Shown: positions 51,811 through 64,000 of the stretch, piece by piece
How positions within the stretch are numbered: position 1 is the stretch's first letter
Layout of the letters: each line of letters starts with the position of its first letter
From: the human T2T-CHM13v2.0 reference genome, Homo sapiens
Assembly: GCF_009914755.1 (NCBI RefSeq)
Contig: NC_060944.1
DNA: 64,000 bases
Strand: one strand, 5' to 3'
Translations under genes and position numbers: made by a program
Notes under the pieces: generated by a model
Seen by the model: only the letters and a program-made list of their open reading frames with translations
Database searches by the model: none
Told to the model about the DNA's origin: nothing

Positions 51811-52774
51811 TTCTCCATTGTTAATATGCATGGCTATAGGTTCAGGGTTGTGTCAAACATTGCAAACTTAAAAAGGAAAGAAAGAAAGAAGATGAAGAAG
51901 TACACTTATTTAGCGAGGAGGGTTTTCCCAAATTCTCACAGCTCTAATCTGGATACCATTCAGTGTGACAGGCTTCTCACTGGGTTCCCACAGCTGGTTA
52001 GTGTTTTGAATTCCAGCCCCATGAACTCATCTCAGGCTACATGGGCTAATGCTCAGCGGCCAACCTAGAGCTCATATCTCTGATGACAGAGGACTGGAGC
52101 CAGCACGGGCACTGTCTGCCTCTTTCTAAATGCACTGTCATCTGTGTTATTCTTCCATCTTTGCTAAGAGTGAGTGACTCTAATGCCTCTTGGATGCATT
52201 TAAGCCATTACGGAAGCAAAATTAACGCCATTCAAGCATATTTTGTTGAAAGACCAATAAAATAACCTGCCGTATTGTGGCTGAGCCCCAGAATCCTCAG
52301 TCACACCTCTTCAAATTCACATTTCTGTCTCAAAGTTGAGCTTTAAGAAACACATATGAAGATAAAAGGGAGATAGAAAGTATAAATACATGTTCCATAA
52401 TTAGATATGTAGTTAGTATAGGCTCTGAATTTTGATTATGACTTGCCTATCTAGCTCTTAACAGACACAGTTTCTTAGAGCAAAGGCAATCTTGTGCTTG
52501 GGATAAAGGAAACATTTGTTCTATAAGCTCCTCTATTGGAAAACATTATAGGCCCTTTGTTAGATGCCTAAGGGATAGTATTTTAGGGGCCCCACTTGAC
52601 CTTGCCAAACATTTACTAGGCTAGACAGCACTTATTGAAAGATGCCTGAAATTTGAATTTAAAAAATTCCTAATGTAAATATTTTCTCTTCTCTGCATTT
52701 GCATTTATTTATAACAATGTGAGTGAGAATAGGTTCTGAGAAGGGGTGGGAGAAGAAAGTATCTATGCTGAACA

Positions 52775-53500
<726 letters not shown>

Positions 53501-53549
53501 CCTGGATGGCATGTATACAGCAGGTATATGAACATCTCAACATGGTTGG

Positions 53550-53740
53550 AATTCTCAGACTTTAGTGGGTACCAGAATCACTTGGAGAACTTGTTACAGC
53601 TCAGATTGCTGGCCCTACGCCGAAGGTTTCTGACTGAGCAGGCCTGGGGTGGGGCCTCAGATCATACATCTCTAACATGTTCCTGGGAGGATGCCTGTGC
53701 TGCTAGCCCAGGGGACTGTACTTTGAGAACTATTGCTCTA
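53550..53740. mobile_element. MER5A MITE
   Basis: ccagaatcacttggagaacttgtta...cagattgctggccc...ctggggtggggcc...actttgagaactattg. Confidence 0.85.
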
Positions 53741-55049
53741 AGGAGCAGCTGCAGGTGGGTGTGGCCTTTGTCCATCCTTTGCCGTTACCGCAGAAAAGAG
53801 AATTACAGGTAGAGCAGTTTAAATGGCAGGTGTGCCAATGTGATTGCCACTTACCTATCTTTCCTAAGATGTCTTGCTTTTTTTAATCCCTTCTTTAGAA
53901 TGAACCTGAACCTCTGTTTGACATACACTCCCCAAAAGGTAGAATGAGAAATTCTAAAGGCTATCAAATCACCTCACCATGTCACTGCCTTCAGATTCAC
54001 CCTGTCCTTAGGGGGGCTGCAGGCGATGGCAGCTGCAGCACAGGCTGCAAACAAGGGCTGCTCTCAACATTTTTAAGTGGAAGAGGGCCTGTCTTTCCCT
54101 GCGCCCCCATCCTCCTCTCAATCTGGGGCTTTCTGAAAATGCACTTTATCTTCCCAGACATTTATGCAAGAGTAAAATGAGTTAACAGAGGCCAGTAGCA
54201 TCGCTAAGCTCCAACCAGGAAGTGTTCAGACGTTAGGAAACACGGGTGAGCAAATGTTTACTGACTGTGTAATTAATACGATGCCTTGCCCTGTCTATTG
54301 GTCCTTAGTACCATATTTCCTGTTCAAGGCAGTGGAAAGTGAAAATATTAGTTGCTGTTTGACCAAAGGAACAAGTGTCTTCCAAACGAGCACATGATCT
54401 ATTAGCAGTCCTGCCGGTTCTTCCCATGGGAACAGGCATTTTACTTTGTTTTACAGCTAATTTCTTTCTTACAGCAGGTTCCCAGACACATCAAATGCCT
54501 TGCATTTGAGGCTAAAGTCAAGATTTATAGTCCAGGCCCATGTAATTCAACGTCAAACAATTCTGATAACATAAGGGCTGGAAGTCAACCATTTTCTCAT
54601 GAGTTCTTATTAAAAAAAGTCATTTTAGCCAAATTGAGTTTGAAGGGTGGGTGTGTCTCTGTGAGCTAATGGATGCTACCTACCCATGTACCCCTGCAAA
54701 GAAGCTGGCTACTTTCTTTTGCTACTGTAGAAATGAAATATGAAAATGGACTAAGTGATTTCTGATTGATATTATTGTTGGCTAACCCAGTGGTAGATTT
54801 TGTTGCTTTTTCCTCTGTGGACTTCAGAGGGAGAAAAGAATCCCAAACACTTTCTCCTCTGATGGTGCATTGTATCTTCCCTTTCTGTCCTCTATTTCTT
54901 TTCCCTGACCTTTTATTGGCTCATCATCTCTCTGTGACTCACACATCATGAGGCTTCATTTTCCTACTGAAAAACCACCACTTGTGCCAAGAGTAGGTTG
55001 GAAAGGAGGGTGTTTCCTTTGGTTTTTGTTTGTAGGTTCATGGGTTTGC

Positions 55050-55170
55050 AGACTCTTGGAGATGAAAAGATCTTGGGGATCATTTAAAACAAGTCTCTAT
55101 TTTACAGGTGAAGAGGAAGATGGTTGAGTGGTCCCCCTTAGAATGACACAGCCAGCTAAAAGAAAGAATG
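55050..55170 (-). mobile_element. MIR3/MIR fragment
   Basis: tattttacaggtgaagagg...gacacagccagct. Confidence 0.5.
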
Positions 55171-55995
55171 AGGGTATGGTGATCTCTCGCCCCCACATAT
55201 GATATCTTGTGTGTTTAACCAGTTGTGGGACAGGGAGACAGAGACAAGGTCTCTCTCCCTAACCTAGATGCTTTCTAGGTTGTGATATAATTAGCTACTT
55301 CTTGACATAGGAAGCTTATTCTTCACATCCTTCAACAGAGATGATTTTCTACCAAGAATGCCTCAAAACTCTTGGGGAGAGAGTTGATGGAGCTCATAAT
55401 CTGTGGTGGGTGTGGGGAAAACCTGCCTTGGGGTTTTTGAAGATGAGTAGAAAGTGAAGGAGGAAGCTCAGAATTGCTTTAGGACACCATGAAGGCAGTG
55501 GGGGTGGGGTTCTTCACCTTCCACACTGCATAGCATTTGTTCTCTTCTCAAAATGCCCAGATGTGGGGAATAAACAGTAAGCAAACTTAACAAACTATAA
55601 GAAACTCTAAGACATGGATTTAATTCCTACAGATTTAGATTTTTTTCCTCTTTGGCATAAAACAAGCCAAAATGCAATAAATATGTACATTCTGTGAAGA
55701 AATTTGGATCCTAAAGGTCTTGCAGTTTAGTGTAGAACAAAGGGAAAGCAGAACTCAGGCCCTGGGGAAGCCATGCGGCCAATCATCCCATTGTGACGGA
55801 CACAATGGCGGCCTTGATGCTAATGATGATGAAAACAGAGCTTGAAGTAGGAGAGGCGAGGCCAGTTGCCTCTCAAACAGTCATGTGGACCTAGCCTGAG
55901 GTAGTAGCCATAGATGTCAGTGGCAAGACAGAAGATTCAGTCTCTAAACAAAACCATGTGAGCATCTTTTCCACATTGTTTATGTTGGCATAAAG

Positions 55996-56182
55996 CAGTA
56001 CTGCTCCAAGTGTGGTCCAAGGACCAGCGGCATCAGTATCGCTTGGAGACTTGTGAGGAATGTAGATTCTCAGGGCTAACTTCAGACCTACTGAATCAGA
56101 ATCTCTTGGGGCTGGAGCCCAGAAATCTGTCTAAACAAGCTCTCATTATTTCTTGCTTATCCTAAAGTTTGAGAAGCATTAG
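55996..56182. mobile_element. MER5A MITE
   Basis: caagtgtggtccaaggaccagcggcatcag...cagacctactgaatcagaatctct...taaagtttgagaagcatt. Confidence 0.88.
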
Positions 56183-56589
56183 CAAAAAGATCTTGTATTA
56201 TGGATGCATGAACGCAAGCTTGTGAAGTGGGTGTGCATTTGTTGAAACTATATAGGAGGTCTTGTTGCTTGAGTGTTAAAGTCTGTTATTTTTTTCCTAA
56301 GATACTTGGCTATGAAGCTAGCTGAAATAATGGAGGGGGATTTTACTTTTCCTCTTTGTTCAGTTGGGAATTGATTGTAGGAATTGTCGGTTAATTCTAG
56401 GTAATTGGATTAAATCCAGAAGGCACATGTATGTTTCTCAGCATAAAAGACTGACTATTGAGGTTTTACACCATCTCTGGATTTAGAAAGTACAATGAGA
56501 GAGAGGAAATTTAAAAGTTTCCCCATTTTGTAGACTAACTGTGGCCTCCTATAGAGAAAAGAGCACCTGCTTTTTCCGCTCCTGAATCA

Positions 56590-56790
56590 GCTCCTGATTT
56601 CAAAACTTGGCTTGGACACTTAAAAATTGTATTTCCCTGGATAAGCCATGTATCCTCTTTCAGATTCCATGTCTTCATCTATAAAAGTGGAAGAATAATG
56701 GCAAATGCTATGTGAAGATGAATAACATCAGGTGAGATGGTGTAAACAAAATATCTAAAACCAAGCTCAGCCTGCGGTAATTCTCACATA
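56590..56790 (+). mobile_element. MIR fragment
   Basis: tggataagcc...cttcatctataaaagtggaagaataat...tgtgaagatgaa. Confidence 0.55.
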
Positions 56791-56914
56791 ATGAGGTATT
56801 ATGATTATGGTGATGATTGCTATGATGAAAATGATATTGATTCTGTTACACAATCCTGATTAAGGTCAGAAGGTACCAGTATTTCCCTTGATCATGTCTT
56901 TTAGAGGTATTAAG

Positions 56915-57830
56915 ATAAATGGGATTGAAGTATAACAAATTCAGCAAAGGATACAGATCCTAAGTGTGCAGCACCATGACTTTCACAAAGTGAGAGCAAA
57001 TTTGTGGTTAAGAAACAGAATGTGGCCAGCTCCAAAGTTCCCAAGCTCAGATTACCAGAGCCACTATTCTGACTCCTAGCACCTAAGACTAGTTACAAAT
57101 CATAATGTATGTGCTCTTTTGTGTCTGTCTTTTTTTGCTGTGTGTGTGTGTGTGTGTGAGCGCGCGTGCATGTTTGTAATTCATCCATTTTTGTAGCATT
57201 TTACTGTAGATTATTCATTCTCATTGCTAGATGGTATTTTATTATAGGAATACATCACAGATTGTTTATTCCATTCCACAATGTTTTATCCATTGCAGGT
57301 GTTTGGGTTGTTTCCAGGTCTGGCTGTTATGATTAATGCTCCATGGACATTTTTGAACATGTCGTTGGTGAGCAAGTGTGCATATATCTGCTAGTTATGT
57401 ACCTAGGAGTAAAATGGTTGGGTCACAGGATAGGCATGTGCTCAGTTTTAATCAATACTGCCAGTTTACCAGGGTGGTTGCACAGATTTACAGTCTCATC
57501 AGCACAGGATGAAGCTTCTATTTGCTCTTATTTCTAACCAACACTTGGCATAGACTCCTTGTTCTGGTGGCATACGTGGGATTTCACTGGAGTTTGAATT
57601 CACATTTTCATGATGAACAATAAAGTTGGGCACCTTCTGACTTTGCCATTTAATTTATCTTCTTTTGGGAAGTGCACATTCTGATTTTTTGTCCATTTTT
57701 TAAAAACTGTGTTATCTTTTTCTTATTGATTTGTAAACTTTTTTTATGTATGCTGAAAATCCATCTTTTGCCAAATATATTAATTTTAAATTCCTTCTCT
57801 GACTCCGTGACTTACCTTTTTTCATCTTGG
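56915..57830 (-). mobile_element. L1ME3-like 3' end with internal (TG)n
   Basis: attgaagtataac...ctaagtgtgcagc...tttcacaaagtga...gtacctaggagtaaaatggttgggtca. Confidence 0.8.
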
Positions 57831-57851
57831 TAAAATTGTCTTGGCTTTTCT

Positions 57852-58041
57852 TAGAGTTGCCAGAAAAGTACAGGACTGTTCATTACATTTGAATTTCAGC
57901 TAAACAAAAAATGGTTATTAGTATGATTATACCTCAAATATTATATGAGAGATCTTTATGGTAAGAATCATTCATTGTTTATATGAAGTTCAAATGTAAC
58001 TTTGAGTTCAGTGTTTTTATTTGCCAAATCTGGTAACCCTA
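57852..58041. mobile_element. MER53 palindromic hAT MITE
   Basis: Ends tagagttgccaga...tctggtaacccta; internal atttgaatttcag.taaacaa mirrored by ttgtttatatgaagttcaaat. Confidence 0.85.
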
Positions 58042-58565
58042 TCCATAAGGGTTTTTTTTTCCTTTTTTTTCTTTTTTTTTTTTTTGTCCCCTATTTGAGG
58101 ACACAAACCTTTTCAAGAGTGGCAACATCAAGCTCTGAGGGAGGACAGGGAGGACAGGGAGGATACTTACTTAACCAATTAGAACCTCTAAGTTTTGGAG
58201 CCCCATCTAACATGCACTAAAGCATTTTGAATCTTGCTTTAAAAATGTCTTAAGCTATATCTTTTGATTAAACTATTCTCAAACAGTTATTACTGGGTAA
58301 ATAGTCTTACAGGTGTGGCTTTCTTCAACTTTGACTTTTTTTTAAATTCTGAACCATGAGTTTCAGTGTTCAGTGGCAAGTGTAGGTTGAAATGGAAAGT
58401 GATGTAGTGCCTCAGCTGTCACCTCTGTTTGTTTCCCTCAGACTTTTAAACTGTTTCCTCAAAGTCAAGTTTTTATTTTCCTCTCCTTTCAAGTCACTAA
58501 TTCATGTCCACAGAAGGAGTGAGTATCTTGAAAGTACAGTAAAAGCAGCTGTTGCTGTGGCTGCT

Positions 58566-58935
58566 GTACATGATACAGATGTAGATGATACAGATGTTGA
58601 AGATACGGATGATGTAGATGTAGAAAAGGTAGATTAAGTAGATTTAGAAGATATAGATGATGTAGATACAGATAATGTAAATGTAGACAATGTAGATGAT
58701 GTAGATATAGATAATATAGATGATTTAGATATAGATAATGTAGACATAGATAATGTAGATGTTGTAGATAATGTAGATGATACAGGTGTAGATGCTATAG
58801 ATGATGTATATATAGATAATGTAGATGATGTAGATATAGATTATATAGATGATGCAGATGTAGATAATGTAGATAATGTAGATAATATAGATGTTGCAGA
58901 TGTAGATGATGATGATGCAGAGGATTTAGATGATC
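58566..58935 (+). repeat. Degenerate triplet-based repeat (GAT/GTA/AAT/ATA) with 9- and 15-bp higher-order units
   Basis: For example GATGATGTAGATATA and GATAATGTA, repeated over about 370 bp. Confidence 0.93.
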
Positions 58936-59284
58936 AGTAGGGATGATTCTGAGAAAGATGAATACCTGTTTGAAGTATGAAGGACTAAGGATACCAAAAT
59001 AGGGGACTTAAGAAAGAAGAGAGAAATAGAAGATGGTTCCATTCAATAAACATTACTTAAGCAAAATATTTCAATTCTCTGCCAAGATTAAAAATAATCA
59101 GAGAATGAAATAAAATTTAAGTTTAAAGTGAGGAAATGAAACAGAATTGTCAGAAACTGAAAAGAATTTCACAGGTCAAATGGCAAAGGTGAAAATATCG
59201 AAGTCATGTAACAGGAGGAAAAAGGATGCAAATCCAGCTGAAAGCAGTATCAGCCATCAGAAAATGCTTGGAAAAAAAAAAAAG

Positions 59285-59405
59285 AACTGAACCTGGGGTT
59301 CCGTCTCAATTTCTGTATAACTGTTAAGACACTGTCTCTTTAGTTAGCACCCATATCTATTCATTTTTCCCAGGTCTCATTTTCCCAAATGTGAAATGAA
59401 GGTAT
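59285..59405 (+). mobile_element. MIR fragment
   Basis: acctggggttcc...gtctcattttcccaaatgtgaaatgaagg. Confidence 0.5.
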
Positions 59406-59407
59406 TG

Positions 59408-59600
59408 GTCCTCACAATTCAAAGTGTGGTTCCTGGAAAAGTAGCATTGGCAGTATCAGGGAGCTTGTTAGAAGTGCAGAATCTGGGGACTGTTTCCAGA
59501 TCTGTGGAATCAGAATCTCTAGGGACAGGACCTAGAAATCTGTATTTTAACAAGCCCTCCAGGTGATTATGCAGTATTCAGATGCTGGGGAAGAATTGGC
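59408..59600. mobile_element. MER5A MITE (followed by a MER5B stub to about 59660)
   Basis: caaagtgtggttcc...gagcttgttagaagtgcagaatct...tgtattttaacaagccctccaggtgatt. Confidence 0.85.
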
Positions 59601-59876
59601 CTACTCTAGTGCTTTTCAAATTTTAATGTGCATCCGAATCAGTGGGACGTCTTTACACTGAGATGCAAAAGACAAAACTATTTTTGTATCTATTCTATTT
59701 GAGTTTGTGTTTATGATTTTAAGATAAGGCTATTCTAGAACAAATCTACATAGAAATTGGCTTTCTGATTATTATCCCCGCCATAGCAGAATGTGTGTAG
59801 TATTTTTTCCCCCAAATCATGAAGTTTGTGTTAGTACATGTGCCAGATGCACCCACTCTGAAGGGGTTGTTAACAG

Positions 59877-59878
<2 letters not shown>

Positions 59879-59907
<29 letters not shown>
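59879..59907 (+). repeat. (AC)14 microsatellite
   Basis: Seen directly. Confidence 0.95.
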
Positions 59908-59911
<4 letters not shown>

Positions 59912-60336
59912 TTCTGAGTGAAAGCAAGGAAGAACAGATTTCTGAGCCAGTAGAGGCCACAAATGTCTTGGCCCAAGTGTAGCTCCCAGGCCTGAGGAAT
60001 CCCAAATGATACCACAGTTAAATAAGGCAAACCCCAGGCCCTTAGAGTTCAGGCTACGGGAAGTGGCAAGAAGCTCCTGGCAGGCAACCCCCAGGCCTGA
60101 AGGTTGACTTGGGAATTTAAGTGCACAAACTGTCAGAAAATTGTCATGGTAGGGGAAGGCTGGTCTCTTTTCTGTTTGTGTTTATGTATTAAAATTAAGG
60201 GATATGTTGTACAGGGCAAAAGAAAAGGGTTGGCTTGATGTTAGGTGAGAAAGATCTGTGTTCCAGGCCTTGTAATGGAGGGAGAGACGCGAATGGAGAA
60301 AAAAAAATGGAGCAGAAGCTCATTTTGTCAATATTA

Positions 60337-60590
60337 ATGATGATGATGATGATGATGATGATATGTATATTTTGAGCACTTTAAGTGACAGTCACTTTTT
60401 CAAAACATCATGTATATTATTTAGTCCTTGTAGTAGACTTGAGAGCTGGGCTTTCTTATTAAATCCATTTTAGAGATGAGGAAACGAAGGCTATAGGTGG
60501 GTTAAGTAATTTACACAAAGTCATACATTGATGAAATGCTGAAAGCATGTAACAAGCCAGAGAGTCTAACCCTAAAGCCAGCATACTCTA
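60337..60590 (-). mobile_element. MIR with a (GAT)n microsatellite at its tail
   Basis: (ATG)n 60337-60362, then ccattttagagatgaggaaacgaaggct...ggttaagtaatttacacaaagtcatac. Confidence 0.8.
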
Positions 60591-60717
60591 TATTTCTTGA
60601 TGCCTATTGGATCAAATATGGGTTGGAGTTTTTGTAACTTGGTGTTGGGTAGTAGAAAGAATCAGAAAAGTTGAAATGGAAATATTCTCTCCTAACTTTA
60701 CCACTGATTAGATGGAT

Positions 60718-61208
60718 GTGGTCGGTTGATGGTAAAATTGGCACCAAATCTTACTTTTCTGTAACCCATTCCTTGTAATGTGATCTTGCAGCAACTCTCA
60801 GAAAGAAGAGTCTATGTCCCTGTACACAGAATCTGGCTTGACTTTGCGACTTGCTTTCACCAATCAAATGCAGAAGAAGTGAAGTCTGGTCCTCAGGAGG
60901 TTTTGTACTCCTCTGCTGACTCTCCTGGGATGCTAAAAACGCCATGAGTCCTAGTTAACGACTAACTTACATGGCCTAGTCACCTCCATTGTCCAAGCCA
61001 ATAGGTACCCAGCCATCACACCTAGAGTGAGGCCATTCCAATCTCCAGCTGATCTGCTGTGGATGAGCATGGCCAAGATCAACTGAGCTTGGCTCAGATG
61101 AGCAAGACTCCCTGGATAACCTACAATCTTGTAAGTAATAATTTTGGTTGTTGTTTTAGGGGAGGAAGTTTGGGGTAGTTTGTTATATAGCAAGGGATAA
61201 CTGATACA
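60718..61208 (+). mobile_element. MaLR solo LTR (MLT1G/H-like)
   Basis: tgtggtc...gtctatgtccc...gaatctggcttgac...gacttgctttcaccaat...tttggggtagtttgttatatagcaa...gataactgataca. Confidence 0.82.
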
Positions 61209-63289
61209 TTGCATGATACAAGGAAAAACCAGTTAAATGGTACAGAATTCTGATAGAACAGCACAGGTGAGACCACCCTCTGAACATTTCATAATTCCTC
61301 TGTTCTTGTCTTGGTAGAGTGTGATCCCCTATTCAGCTTTATCAAGAACTTGGAGCCCACTTTCTTATTATTATTATGGATGTTTGTTTGGTGAATACAA
61401 GAATTAATTGTCAGGGCCCAGCATAATCTGGGACCCATCATGTGAACATGTTGGCAGACTGCCATGATGGATCTTGTCCCTATCCCTGACCTTGGCCTCC
61501 CATTCATGGTGGGGCTTCCTCCCACCTCTCCTGCTTTGTAAAGAGTATTCAGTAACACAGCAGTGTCTGCATGTGGTTTCCCTCTGTGAAGCTTTAATTA
61601 GTGGTGTCTTGAATCTTGATTGCTTCAGGAGTGGCCAATGAGTTTGACTTTCCAAAATAGATACCCAGAGGGTGTGAAACATGCTTACTCATTAGATTCA
61701 AGAAAAGTGAAGAAGTCTTTATGTAAACAGCCCGGAAGATAGTGCATTTTTGGAAACTCACTATCACTTTTTTAGGCAGGTAAATGATTGCATGATAATA
61801 CATATGTTGCTTTCTACTGAGGGTGAACTTTCTCTAGCCATTAATAATGTTAATTTAAATTCTGGGTGTTAACTATGAGGTAGGTTCCTTTAGTTGCTAT
61901 GTGAGAGGCTACGGTTTGCTCTGTCTCCTAGAAAGGGAAGAAAAAGGATCCCGGTTGTGTTGGTAACTGCCTCACTGAAACTCTTTGAGTGTGCCACATG
62001 TGTGTGGTTTAGCTGGCGACCGTGGTGTCTGTATGTATGTGGTCATAGATTTGTTATAACCTCTTGTCTGCCAAGGCAAGACCACCAGTTCCATTTTAAT
62101 TCTAAGTTAACCTCAGGCTGGAGTCAATCCATGCTGCTTGAACATAAACGCTGACACTCGATCCTCTCATCCTCTTGGCCCCACAATTTGTTGTTTTTCT
62201 TTTTCTTTCTTTTTTTTTTCCAAGGGAGTTTGAACATTTGTTTGCAATCCAAAACCAACACTTCGTGTACAGGACATAGTGATTACATAATTCTTTATAG
62301 GTTCTTATACTTTCCATGTATTGCAAATCTTGCTGCTCTGTTATAAAACATCTCAAATTAAAGAGCAATTTGTAAAAGACATACTTGGAGCTGGGACATT
62401 AAGTTTTACTGTGGTAATCGTTTTGATTCTTTTGAGAGATACAGAATCAATACTTTAAGTAGAATCCTCTCTTTTTAAAGAATGGCTTGAGAGAGGCTGC
62501 CTTTCGCTGTGTTTTTGAAATGGGTAAGACAGACCTCTATGCCCACATCCTGGCAGTGCAAATGTAGGTGACAAGATGATATTAAGTGAGAAACATTGAA
62601 TTAACTTTTTTTAGAAAATTTAATTTTTGATGAAAGGAAAGAGGAAATTAGTCTGTTAAGCTTTTCAAACCTGATAGCTAATTGGTTTCATGCCCATGGC
62701 TGTGAGAAGATTGTCATCTTTAATTTCTAAATCTGAATTTAAATCTCCTAATTCTTAGGCAGCCCAAGCATTTGTGAACTTAACAAAGAGTTGGGAAATT
62801 TTTACCCTAACAATGGTTTGTGGCAAGCTCACATGGTGGCCTATGTCCATTGGTTCGATTACAAAAGTTACTTGATTTAAATATATTTCTATATTTGGAG
62901 TTGTAGTTGTTCTCCAAGACTGCCTGCCCTCTTTCCAGAAATTTTGCCCAGTGACTTGTTTTCAGAAGTAACCAGTTAGACACTTTGTGAAATTGCCAAG
63001 GGTGCCTCTCTTAGTTACTAACCAAGTTTCACAAACGCTACATTATCATGAGTTAAAAATAATTTCTTTTGAGCTGGTTGAAGAAGACTGCTAACTGCTG
63101 AAAATATTGGGAGTGTTATGGGTGACCCTAAGAAGAGTGCTGATGTTTTCAGCCAATCACATCCAAATCCCTGCTTTTTGAGGTCTAAATCTAGTCCTTG
63201 CAGGAATCCTCTGAAATGGGAGACAGGTGAGATGTCAAGAGCATAATGGTAGAAATACAACATTGAACTCATCAGATGATCTAGTTAAG

Positions 63290-63470
63290 AGCTCCAATTC
63301 CATTAACATGCTGCCAACATTCCAGCAGCTGGGAATATCATTTAACCCTATCTAAGCCTCAGTTTCCTCATCTGTAAAATAGGGATAATAAATATCCATT
63401 TGATTAATGGACTGTGGTAAGGATTATATTGATAAGCTATGCCTAGTGTTTCACATGGCACCGTTGCTTA
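63290..63470 (+). mobile_element. MIR SINE
   Basis: catttaacc...ctaagcctcagtttcctcatctgtaaaatagggataata. Confidence 0.85.
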
Positions 63471-63499
63471 CCGCCCTACTTGCTGTTTTCCCATCCTCT

Positions 63500-63900
63500 G
63501 TTGCAGAACACAGTCCATACTTCCCAATATGGCATGCTGGGCCTTCTATGGTCTGCCCTTAGCCTACCTTCCAGCTAGGTCTCTCACCAAGCTCTCTACT
63601 GCACAGGCTCTAATTCCTGGCCATGCTATACACCACCATGCCTCACGTTCCCTTTGCTAGAAATGCCCCATTCATTTCCATTCACAAGGCAATTTCCACT
63701 CTTCCTTTAAGAATCATCTCAAGCATCACTTTCTCTCAGAAGCTTTTTCTCTACCGTCGCATCTCTCCTTCATCTCCTCCAGCCTTTATACTGCTAGCCA
63801 AATGTCCCTACTTTTGCCTTAGCACTCACCTATTGTGTACAAACATGCTACTACTGCTGCTAGCATTATTCCTCTGACTAATTCACCTCTGCATCTTTCT
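63500..63900 (+). mobile_element. L2 3' fragment
   Basis: ggccttctatggtctgccc...gttccctttgctagaaatgcccc...ctcaagcatcactttctctcagaagctttttct. Confidence 0.65.
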
Positions 63901-64000
63901 ACTTTGCTCACTTCTTGTGATTCCCAGGCTCATTTAGTTTCTTTCTTTCAATCAGTATAAAAAAATGATTATGTTTGTTTACATTCAGGTTGGGCCAAGA

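Noticed and set aside
57852-58041. Long hairpin as a possible miR-1302-family precursor (MER53-derived)
   Set aside because: The arms are heavily diverged, and the recalled mature sequence TTGGGACATACTTATGCTAAA is degraded here (atgagagatctttatggtaag).
60292-60312. AATGGAG-(A)n-AATGGAG as a poly(A) stub insertion
   Set aside because: A 7-bp repeat in purine-rich context without a TT/AAAA site is compatible with chance.

Overview
Primate (human-like) intronic or intergenic DNA of roughly 40% GC. I could not assign a locus and found no credible host protein-coding exon, CpG island or full-length RNA gene. The window is a mosaic of interspersed repeats: L1PA and old L1M LINEs, four Alus, ERV1/ERVL/MaLR solo LTRs, hAT and Tigger MITEs, MIR/L2 and simple repeats. 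Almost all listed ORFs are L1/Alu remnants or chance frames. The notable signal is a set of small DNA scars: (1) a 23-nt 5' fragment of tRNA-Asp(GTC) retroposed with an A-rich tail and a 15-16 bp TSD at 9730-9800; (2) a perfect 30-bp inverted templated insertion inside an AluY, copied from about 3 kb away; (3) a second local templated insertion at 11860-11952; (4) two hairpin-perfecting template-switch mutations in one L1; (5) a duplication plus palindrome at an L1 5' junction; (6) an 18-nt TPRT stub. There is also a frame-preserving Asp-rich, GATA-rich repeat and a few candidate enhancer motif clusters. Repeat family and subfamily names come from recalled consensus sequences, and boundaries of old repeats are approximate.
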